DNA of 64,000 bases. Source: an uncultured Candidatus Binatia bacterium. GTDB lineage: Bacteria; Desulfobacterota; Binatia; UBA9968; JAJDTQ01. The position numbers and the translations under genes were made by a program. Below, in pieces: positions 56,617 to 64,000 of this stretch (the first letter of the stretch is position 1; each line of letters opens with the position of its first letter). The notes below the pieces were generated by a model, which worked only from the letters and a program-made list of their open reading frames with translations, did no database searches and was not told the DNA's origin. The stretch covers positions 1,856,001 through 1,920,000 of the forward strand of contig OZ243916.1 of NCBI GenBank assembly GCA_965213675.1, read 5' to 3'.

Positions 56617-58913
56617 GCGAGGACAATAGCCGCGACTTCAAAGTGGTCAACCACTCGGTGCCGCGCCGGGACGGCCGCGCCAAGGTATCGGGCCGGGCGC
56701 TCTACGTGAGCGACGTCAAACTCGCGGGCATGGCCTACGCCAAGGTGCTGCGGAGCCCCTACGCCCACGCGACCATCGTCTCCATGGACACATCCCGGGC
56801 CGAGGCCCATCCCGGCGTGTACAACGTGCTGCGGGGCGACGATTTGGAGGGGCTGAATCCCTATTTCGGACACGCCGTCAAGGACCACCCCCTGGTGGCC
56901 ATCGACAAGGTGCGCTACGCGGGCGAACCCGTAGCCGCGGTCATCGCCGAAGACGAACTCACCGCCTACGAGGCGCTGGAATTGATCCACGTCGAGTACG
57001 AGGAGTTGCCGGCGGTGATGGAGCCCCAGGAATCGCTGGCGCCGGAGGCGCCGCTGCTCCACCAGCGCCAGTTCGAAGCCGGGGCGCTGCGCGGGTTCGA
57101 AGGAGAGGTCACCGCGGGCCGGGGCAGCAACCTGTGCCAGGAACACCACATCAAGTGGGGGGACGTGGACGAGGCGTTCGCCACGGCCGCGGCCGTGGCG
57201 GAGGGCGAGTACTACTTTCCCATGGCCTATGCCTACGCCATGGAGCCCTACGTGGCCATCGCCGAGGTGGGCGACGACAGCGTCACCATATACTCCTCGG
57301 CACAGCACCCCTTCATGGTGCGCCACGATCTGAAGACCATCTTCGACATGCCGGTGAGCCAGATCCGCCTGATCGTGCCGTTCGTGGGCGGCGGCTACGG
57401 CAGCAAATCCTATACGAAGATCGAGCCGCTGGTTTCGGCGTGCGCATGGAAAGCGCGCCGCCCGGTGAAGCTCCAGCTCAGCGTGGAAGAGGCCATGCTC
57501 ACCACCCGGGGCGACGACGCCCTCACCTGGATGCGCACCGCGGTGGACGCCGACGGCAAGATCATCGCGCGCCAAGCCAAGATCTACATGAACACCGGCG
57601 CCTACGCCGAGAACAGCCCTCTGGTGTGCGAAAAGTCGTCCAACCGCTGCGTCGGACCCTACGCCATCCCCAACGTCCAGATCGACAACCACATGGTCTA
57701 CACCAACACGGTGCCGGCCAGCTCCTTCCGGGGCTTCGGCTGCGCCCAGGTGACCATGGCCGGCGAGTCCCAGATCGACGAACTCGCGGCCAAGATCGGT
57801 ATGGACCCCTACGAGTTCCGCATGCACAACGCGGCGCGGCCCAAGCAGGAGTTCTTTCCCGGCATGCGCCCCTTCGACGGCACCCTGACCGAGGACCTCA
57901 AGATCGTCGCCGACAACATCGGCTGGAAGGAACCGCTGCCGAGCGGCCACGGGCGCAGCATCGGCTGCTCTGCCAGCGACGCCGGCGCCTACCCCCTCAC
58001 ATCCACGGCCGTGCGCGTGCACGCCGACGGCTCGGCTTCGCTGATGATCGGCAGCACGGAGCTTGGCCAGGGAAGCCACACGGTTCTGCCGCAGATTGCC
58101 GCTGAGGAATTGGGCATTCCCTTCGACCTGGTGCGGGTGGTGTCCTCCGATACCGCCATCACTCCCTACGACCGTTCCACCGGAGCCAGCCGCACCACCA
58201 CCCTCATGGGCCGGGCGGTGCAGGAGGCCAGCCAGGAGGCCATCGAGCAGATGGTGCGCATGGCCGCGGATGTGCTGGGCGTCCAGGAATCGGAAATCCA
58301 GACCGTTCGCGGCGGCGTCACCTGCGGCGAGGCGCGCCTCACCTGGTCCGAGGTGCTCACGCGCTACTACCGCCTGCCCGACGGGGAGGTCATCGGCCGC
58401 GCCTACATCCGCAAGGACAAGGATTTCGCGCAGTTGCCGGTTTTCTGGGAAGCCGCCTCCACGGGCATCGAGGTGTCCGTGGACGAGGAGACCGGCAAGG
58501 TGACCATGGAGAAGCTCGGCACTTGCGGCGACGTGGGCCTGGCCATCAACCCGGCCCTGGCCGAGGGCCAGGACATCGGCGCCGCCACCACCGGCATGGG
58601 CATCGGCATGTTCGAGGAGCTCGAGTTCGACCGCAACCAGCTCCTCAACGGCAACCTGCTGGAGTACCGCCTGCCGCGGTTCTCCGACATGCCGCGAACC
58701 GTGAAGCTGGAACTGGTGCAGAACCGCGACGGGGTGGGACCCTACGGCGCCAAGGGCGGTGGCGAAGCGTCGCTCAACTCGCTGCCCGCCAACATCGCCA
58801 ACGCCGTCTACAACGCCACCGGCGCGCGCATTCGCCGGGCGCCGCTCACGCCGGAGAAGGTCTGGCGCGCGATCCGCGAAACGCGCGCCAGCCGTGGAGA
58901 CAACCAGAAATGA
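56613..58913 (+). CDS. Xanthine dehydrogenase family molybdopterin-binding large subunit
   Basis: RSPYAHA, VGGGYGSK, SFRGFG, ELGQG, TGASRTT and GAKGGGE (catalytic Glu); ATG 56613 overlaps the small-subunit stop. Confidence 0.92.
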   Translation: MSEDNSRDFKVVNHSVPRRDGRAKVSGRALYVSDVKLAGMAYAKVLRSPYAHATIVSMDTSRAEAHPGVYNVLRGDDLEGLNPYFGHAVKDHPLVAIDKVRYAGEPVAAVIAEDELTAYEALELIHVEYEELPAVMEPQESLAPEAPLLHQRQFEAGALRGFEGEVTAGRGSNLCQEHHIKWGDVDEAFATAAAVAEGEYYFPMAYAYAMEPYVAIAEVGDDSVTIYSSAQHPFMVRHDLKTIFDMPVSQIRLIVPFVGGGYGSKSYTKIEPLVSACAWKARRPVKLQLSVEEAMLTTRGDDALTWMRTAVDADGKIIARQAKIYMNTGAYAENSPLVCEKSSNRCVGPYAIPNVQIDNHMVYTNTVPASSFRGFGCAQVTMAGESQIDELAAKIGMDPYEFRMHNAARPKQEFFPGMRPFDGTLTEDLKIVADNIGWKEPLPSGHGRSIGCSASDAGAYPLTSTAVRVHADGSASLMIGSTELGQGSHTVLPQIAAEELGIPFDLVRVVSSDTAITPYDRSTGASRTTTLMGRAVQEASQEAIEQMVRMAADVLGVQESEIQTVRGGVTCGEARLTWSEVLTRYYRLPDGEVIGRAYIRKDKDFAQLPVFWEAASTGIEVSVDEETGKVTMEKLGTCGDVGLAINPALAEGQDIGAATTGMGIGMFEELEFDRNQLLNGNLLEYRLPRFSDMPRTVKLELVQNRDGVGPYGAKGGGEASLNSLPANIANAVYNATGARIRRAPLTPEKVWRAIRETRASRGDNQK

Positions 58914-59025
58914 TGCCGGCCGCGCCTGAACGAACCGCGCGCGGTCAACGCAGTTTCGTGCCGCCCGTCCCTGGACACCCGACACGGGATGGTCTCCGTC
59001 ACGCGACCCGTGGAGAGTACCCGTC

Positions 59026-59895
59026 ATGATGCCGCTCAGACGTTTCAACATCCACCGGCCCGCCGACCTGGGCGAGGCCGCGGCCATGCTCGACCACTAC
59101 GGCGACGCCGGCGCCCTGTACGCCGGCGGCACCGAACTGCTGCTGGCCATGCGCCACGACCTGCTGCGCTATGAGCACCTGATCGACATCAAGGCCGTGG
59201 CCGGCCTGGACCGCATCGAGCGCCGGGACGGACATATCCACATCGGCGCCGGCGCCACCCACCGGACCATCGAGCGCTCCACCGTGATCCAGGAATCGCT
59301 GCCCGTGATGGCCGGGATGGCCGCCAACGTCGCCAACGTGCGCGTGCGCGCCAGCGGCACCCTGGGCGGCAACCTCGCTTTCGCCGAACCCCACTCCGAT
59401 CCCGCAACCCTGCTGCTGGCCCTGAATGCCACCGTGCGGGCACAAGGCAAGGGCGGGGAACGCACCGTCGCGATGAACGAGCTTCTGTCCGGCGCCTACG
59501 AAAACTCCCTGGCCCAGGACGAGGTCCTGACCGGCGTGGACGTGCCGCTGCCCGCTCCCACACAGCGCGCCGCCTACCTCAAGTTCCAGGTCCACGAGCG
59601 CCCGCTCCTGGGCTTGGCCCTGGTGCTCGACCTGAACGACGATGGCCGCGAAATTCGCGCCGCCCGCTGCGCCGTCGGCTGCGTGAGCCCCACCCCCTGC
59701 CGCTCCACCGCCGCCGATGACCTCATCGCCGGCGCCACCGAGTCGGCGGAACAGCGGCTACTCGCAGCCGCCGAAGCCCTCGCCGACGAAGCCACCCTGA
59801 CCGACGACCGCGAAGGCAGCGCCGAGTACAAGCGCCACCTCATCAGCGTACTGCTGCGCCGCGCCGCCAAGCAGTGCCTCGACGGCACTCACTAA
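59026..59895 (+). CDS. Molybdenum hydroxylase FAD-binding medium subunit, CoxM/CutM-like
   Basis: YAGGTEL, VRASGTLGGNL and SAEYKRHL. Confidence 0.9.
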   Translation: MMPLRRFNIHRPADLGEAAAMLDHYGDAGALYAGGTELLLAMRHDLLRYEHLIDIKAVAGLDRIERRDGHIHIGAGATHRTIERSTVIQESLPVMAGMAANVANVRVRASGTLGGNLAFAEPHSDPATLLLALNATVRAQGKGGERTVAMNELLSGAYENSLAQDEVLTGVDVPLPAPTQRAAYLKFQVHERPLLGLALVLDLNDDGREIRAARCAVGCVSPTPCRSTAADDLIAGATESAEQRLLAAAEALADEATLTDDREGSAEYKRHLISVLLRRAAKQCLDGTH

Positions 59896-60092
59896 ACGCT
59901 CCACGGGCAGAACCTGGAGTCCGTCAGGCTTGATGAGGCGATGCAAATCCGTTTTCTCGACCCTGCCAAGACGAACTGCTGGAGTCGGCTCAATTCTGGG
60001 AGAGTCCATACCCTGTCAAACATAGTGGCCCGATTGGCAACGAATCCATGCAACCCTGGATCAAGTCCGGGGTGAGGTTCCATTTTCCGGCC

Positions 60093-60800
60093 ATGCGTTT
60101 TCCTTCTCCCTTGATCTCCGGCGTCCTCGTCGAGCGCTACAAGCGGTTCCTCGCTGATGTTCGTCTTGAGGACGGCACGGTGGTGACAGCGCACTGCACG
60201 AACACGGGCAGCATGATGGGCTGCAACGCGCCGGGCAGCAGGGTCTACCTGTCGGATCAGAGCGGCAGGGGCCGGAAACTGAACTACACCTGGGAGATCA
60301 TCCGGGTGGGCCGGACGCTGGTGGGGATCAACACGCTGGCGGCCAACCGGCTGGCGCGGGAAGGCATTGAGACAGGACGAATCGATGAGTTGCGGGGGTA
60401 TGAGAAGCTTCGTCCCGAGTTCGCCACGCGACCCGGCACGCGCCTCGACTTTCTGCTCGAAGGGCATCCGCAACGGCCGAGCGAAAGGTGCTTCGTCGAG
60501 GTGAAGAATGTCACCCTGGCGGTGGATCGGGTCGCCGCGTTTCCGGATGCCGTGAGCCTGCGTGGCGCCAAACACCTTCAAGAACTCATGCGACTGCGGC
60601 AGGACGGCCACCGCGCCGTGCTGTTGTTCGTGATTCAGCGCGGAGACTGTCGCGCAATCCGCCCCGCGGACGAAATCGATTCCGAGTACGGCCGCGTGCT
60701 GCGCCAATCCGTGAGGACCGGCGTCGAGGTGCTCACCTACCTGGCCAAGGTCACCGAGCGTGCCATTGCTCTCGGCAAGGCCGTGCCCTTGCAGCTCTGA
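60093..60800 (+). CDS. sfsA: Sugar fermentation stimulation protein SfsA (PD-(D/E)xK DNA/RNA nuclease fold)
   Basis: RYKRFLADV, AHCTNTGSM, EVKNVTL, FPDAVSLRGAKHL and IDSEY. Confidence 0.93.
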   Translation: MRFPSPLISGVLVERYKRFLADVRLEDGTVVTAHCTNTGSMMGCNAPGSRVYLSDQSGRGRKLNYTWEIIRVGRTLVGINTLAANRLAREGIETGRIDELRGYEKLRPEFATRPGTRLDFLLEGHPQRPSERCFVEVKNVTLAVDRVAAFPDAVSLRGAKHLQELMRLRQDGHRAVLLFVIQRGDCRAIRPADEIDSEYGRVLRQSVRTGVEVLTYLAKVTERAIALGKAVPLQL

Positions 60801-60960
60801 AACAGGCCGTCCGGCATCGTGATCCGGTTTCTGGCGGTGGCGGGTAACGCCACTTCCAACCCTACCGCCGACAACCTGCGGCCCAAGGCGAGCAGGTCGT
60901 GCCCTGCAAAAGCGCACACGGTCGTGCCCCATTTTCTCGGTGCGCTACGCCCACCGGTGC

Positions 60961-61839
60961 TCAAAGGCTCTTGATGAACCCCGTCACGGCCTGGTTGAAC
61001 TGCTCGGGCTGTTCCCGGTAACAGAAGTGTCCGGCCTTGTTGATGACGTGGAGTTGCGCGTTCTCGGTGCTGTTGGCGACGTAATCGAAGAGCGTCAAAC
61101 CCCGCTGATACCGGGCCGTGGGGTCGTTGTAGCCCCAAACCACCAGGGTCGGGGTCGTAAGCCGCCCTTCCATCATCCACGCGAGGCACTCCTCCTTGTC
61201 GAGGACTAGATTCGGCATGAAGAGCTTGTCCTTCAGGCCCTCGCCGCTCATCTTGCGCACGGAGTCCTGGTACTTGGGCAGGCTGGCGATCTCCACGGCG
61301 GCGTCGATCCAACCGCCGGTGATGTGCGACGTGCCGTGGGAATAGTGTTCCACCACCCAGCGCTGGCTCTCGCGGCTGAGGTAGGGTTTGGGGCGCCCGG
61401 CCATCACCAGTTCGGTGAGCGACGGACCCGGCGACAGGGTGCCGCTGTCCACGATGATGCAGGACTTGACGATCCCGGGGTGCAGCAGCGTGAGCCGCGC
61501 CACCAGGTATCCGCCACGGGAATGGCCGCAGAGGTGAACGTCCTGGAGGTCCATGGTCTTGAGGAACCCGTGGGCGTGCTCGACTACCGCCGCGGGGGTA
61601 TAGCCATCGTCGGTCTTGGGGTTGCCGGTGTGTCCCTGGCCGAGCTTGTCGACAGCGATCACCCGAAACGACTCGGCCAAGGCGTCGAAGTTGAGTTCCC
61701 AGTCCAGCGCACTGTCGCAGGCATCGGTGGTGCCGAAGTGACTGCCGTGCCACAGCACCAACGGCTCACCCGTGCCCTGTTCGAAGTAGCGTGTGCGCAC
61801 CCCGTCCACGTCGATGAACCTGGCCTCGGTCATTGGCAT
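60961..61839 (-). CDS. Alpha/beta hydrolase (C-C hydrolase/BphD-MhpC-like)
   Basis: GHSRGG nucleophile, WGYNDP and AGHFCYRE. Confidence 0.85.
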   Translation of the reverse strand: MPMTEARFIDVDGVRTRYFEQGTGEPLVLWHGSHFGTTDACDSALDWELNFDALAESFRVIAVDKLGQGHTGNPKTDDGYTPAAVVEHAHGFLKTMDLQDVHLCGHSRGGYLVARLTLLHPGIVKSCIIVDSGTLSPGPSLTELVMAGRPKPYLSRESQRWVVEHYSHGTSHITGGWIDAAVEIASLPKYQDSVRKMSGEGLKDKLFMPNLVLDKEECLAWMMEGRLTTPTLVVWGYNDPTARYQRGLTLFDYVANSTENAQLHVINKAGHFCYREQPEQFNQAVTGFIKSL

Positions 61840-61928
61840 GATGGCGCCTCCTGGAGATTGCCTGAAACCGTTTCAATACCTTGCATGCATTCCGCCCGGC
61901 ACTGCCCTTGCGCCATTCCCCGCCGCAC

Positions 61929-62020
61929 CTGGTTTCCCGCGTTCGCGGGAATGACGATTCGGGGGGCCGTTGCTTCTCTCGGATGGTGTTTCGACACAGC
62001 CTGTCTCGCGGGAATGACGG
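61929..62020. repeat. REP-like palindromic copies
   Basis: CTGGTTTCCCGCGTTCGCGGGAATGACG and CTCGCGGGAATGACGG. Confidence 0.7.
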
Positions 62021-62035
62021 TTCCGAGCATTGACG

Positions 62036-63226
62036 TCAGCGCTGCAGCGCCATGAACAGGAATACCTTGACGGCCTCGATGACACTCTTGAGCGGAACCA
62101 GGTCGTTGTCCGTGTGCTGGAAGCGGACGGCGCGGGAGCCGTAGTTGACAGTCTCGATGCCGCGGACATTGAGCAGGCCGGTGTCGTTCGCCGCGGTGGA
62201 AAAGCTGTATTCCGGCTCCCGTCCCAACATGGTCCGGATGGCGCCGGCCAAGGCCACCACCACGCCGGCATCCTTGCTCACCTCGCACGGGTACATGAAT
62301 TCTTCCTTTTCCAGCGAGATCTCGTAGGGCTCGATGTCGCCGATGGCATCCGCGACTTGCTGTACGGCGCGGTCGGCGTCGTCGCCGGGCAGCAGCCGCC
62401 GGTCCATGCGAATGCGGCACTCGCCGGGAATGGTATGCGTCGATTTCGGGAAGCTCTCGATATCCGTGGGGGTGAGCGACACCCGGCCCAATTCCGGGTG
62501 GCTCTTGTCCTCGGGATGGGGCATCAACGGCGCGAGCTTCTCAAGCACCTTGACGGCGCCGTCCACGGCGTTGATGCCGTCCCACGGGCGGCTGCTGTGA
62601 GCTTGCCGGCCGCGCACCACGATGCGCACGTCAATGCGCCCCTTGTTGCCCAACTGGATCTCCGGCGGTCCGTCGATGAGGCCCCAGCGCGCATCGATGG
62701 CGCCGCTGGACAGCACGTAATCGAGGGACTCGTGCTTGCCGCTTTCCCCCGCGGTGCTGGTGACGAAGTAGAGATCGCCGGGCAACTCCCAGCCGCTGCG
62801 GGCGATGAGCTTCACCGCGCTCAGCATGGCCGCCAAACTGCCCTTCTGCTCGCACGCGCCGCGACCCCAGCCGCACGGCCCTTCGAGCCCGTAGGGCGCG
62901 CCGTCTACCATTTCCCCGGAATACGGATTCGGCATGGTGCTGGGAGCGGCGTTCATCGCATAGGAGACGAGCACCAGCCCGGAGGCCGAGCCTGAGCCGG
63001 GCAAGCGGGCGATGAGGTTGCCCATGTCGTCGATGGTGGTGTCGACCCCCTCCGCCGCGAGTTCCGGGCGCACCACGTCCCGGATCAACGCGAGCACCTG
63101 CGGCTCCCGCTCCAGCAACTCGGTTTGCGGGCTTGGAGTCTGTAGCAGCGTGACCAGCAGGCGCCGGACCTCGTCTAGGTCGAGCCCTTCCTCGATGCGT
63201 TGTCTGGCTTCGTTGGGGTCCATCAT
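62036..63226 (-). CDS. M20/ArgE-DapE fold protein with altered metal-binding residues
   Basis: DDMGNLIARL, GRGACEQKG, GNKGR, GRQAHSS.P.DGINAV and DRRLLPG; the canonical HxD, D and EE ligands are substituted. Confidence 0.8.
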   Translation of the reverse strand: MMDPNEARQRIEEGLDLDEVRRLLVTLLQTPSPQTELLEREPQVLALIRDVVRPELAAEGVDTTIDDMGNLIARLPGSGSASGLVLVSYAMNAAPSTMPNPYSGEMVDGAPYGLEGPCGWGRGACEQKGSLAAMLSAVKLIARSGWELPGDLYFVTSTAGESGKHESLDYVLSSGAIDARWGLIDGPPEIQLGNKGRIDVRIVVRGRQAHSSRPWDGINAVDGAVKVLEKLAPLMPHPEDKSHPELGRVSLTPTDIESFPKSTHTIPGECRIRMDRRLLPGDDADRAVQQVADAIGDIEPYEISLEKEEFMYPCEVSKDAGVVVALAGAIRTMLGREPEYSFSTAANDTGLLNVRGIETVNYGSRAVRFQHTDNDLVPLKSVIEAVKVFLFMALQR

Positions 63227-63243
63227 GTGTGTTCCGGAACGGG

Positions 63244-63330
63244 CATCCTTCGACTTCGCTTCGCTCAGGACGAACGGTTGCGGGATTCCTTCCCGTTCGT
63301 CCTGCGCATAGCGGAGCGAAATTGAAGGAC
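63244..63330. repeat. Second REP-like family, inverted pair (CTTCGAC..GCTCAGGACGAACGG)
   Basis: TCCTTCGACTTCGCTTCGCTCAGGACGAACGG ... CCGTTCGTCCTGCGCATAGCGGAGCGAAATTGAAGGA. Confidence 0.65.
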
Positions 63331-63363
63331 GCCGTGTTCAAAAGCGCAATCGATCGGAGCTCC

Positions 63364-64000
63364 CTACATCTCCACCTCGGTGCCCACGCCCCGCTCGACA
63401 GCGCGCCGGTGGACAAGGCTCGCCGCGGCCACGTCCTGGACCGCGATGCCCACCGATTTGTACATCGTGATCTCATCCTCACTCGTGCGGCCGGGCTTGG
63501 CGCCGGCGAGCACCTCGCCGATCTCGCCGCGCACGTGATTCGGCGCGATGGCGCCTTCCTTGATCGCCAGCAGGATGTCGCCGCACTCGGTATTGATGGC
63601 GTCCACGGAGTCCACGAACACCGTGGACATTTGAACCGTGTCGCCGCCCATCTCCCGGGCCCCGGGCCGGTGCGAACCGACGGCGTTGATGTGGGCGCCG
63701 GGCTTGAGCCAGCCGGCGTTCAGGATGGGCTCGGCCGAGTCGGTCACCGCGGTGAGGATGTCCGCCCCGCGCACCACCGCCTCGGCGGATTCCTGCGGCT
63801 CGATGGGGAGGCCCAACTCGTCCTGCAATTCTTCCTTCACGTAGATGGCATTGACGCGGGACGGGCTCCAGATGAGGACCCGTTCGATGGAACGCACCCG
63901 GCTCAGCGCCCGGATGTGGGTGCGCGCCTGGGTGCCGGCGCCGAGGATCCCCAGCACCGGCGTGTCCACGCGCGCCAGCGCCTTCGTGGCCATGGCGGAA
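63364..64000 (-). CDS. Ornithine cyclodeaminase / mu-crystallin family protein; 5' end outside the window
   Basis: ILGAGTQARTH, HINAVGS and YKSVGIAVQDVAAA. Confidence 0.9.
   Translation of the reverse strand, partial: SAMATKALARVDTPVLGILGAGTQARTHIRALSRVRSIERVLIWSPSRVNAIYVKEELQDELGLPIEPQESAEAVVRGADILTAVTDSAEPILNAGWLKPGAHINAVGSHRPGAREMGGDTVQMSTVFVDSVDAINTECGDILLAIKEGAIAPNHVRGEIGEVLAGAKPGRTSEDEITMYKSVGIAVQDVAAASLVHRRAVERGVGTEVEM

Noticed and set aside
56613-58913. Aerobic CO dehydrogenase (coxL) or 4-hydroxybenzoyl-CoA reductase
   Set aside because: The active-site loop is SFRGFG rather than AYxCSFR, and the FAD subunit lacks the [4Fe-4S] insertion of the reductase.
59896-60092. More AT-rich gap that might be a small gene or toxin relic
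   Set aside because: No convincing ORF or motif; only a short palindrome, CCCTGGATCAAGTCCGGGG.
1-64000. rRNA, tRNA (including selC), CRISPR arrays, integrases or transposases
   Set aside because: None were recognised by eye. A tRNAscan/Infernal run would be needed to exclude small RNAs fully.

Overview
High-GC bacterial chromosomal window with no rRNA, tRNA or CRISPR array seen. It mostly carries catabolic, transport and respiratory genes: two amidohydrolases; a fused glycine/sarcosine + sarcosine/dimethylglycine methyltransferase (de novo betaine synthesis); an arylsulfotransferase-like/amidase/TAXI-like unit; an oxalate-type set (ThDP decarboxylase, frc, NDP-forming acyl-CoA ligase) split by a four-gene glycosyltransferase/KpsS cassette; a complete E. 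coli-type nuoA-N operon with fused nuoCD; a decayed defence islet (HEPN pair, ParD relic, DISARM drmD fragment, ATPase-DUF234); ehuBCDA; TctC; two bicupins; oligopeptidase B; a membrane-anchored LytTR regulator; an LLM-hydrolase-LLM-molybdenum hydroxylase cluster; sfsA; and an OCD/M20/hydrolase unit. The main observation the ORF track misses is a glutathione S-transferase (39233-39796) with an in-frame UGA at the catalytic Cys position, followed by a SECIS-like hairpin. It is probably a selenoprotein and lies in a CDGSH-cupin-GST-larE gene run. Intergenic spaces hold CTAG-bounded MITEs and REP-like palindromes, some translated into protein ends. The gene content suggests a marine, possibly Binatia/deltaproteobacterial-like organism (inference only). 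All product calls come from motif recognition; no database search was run.
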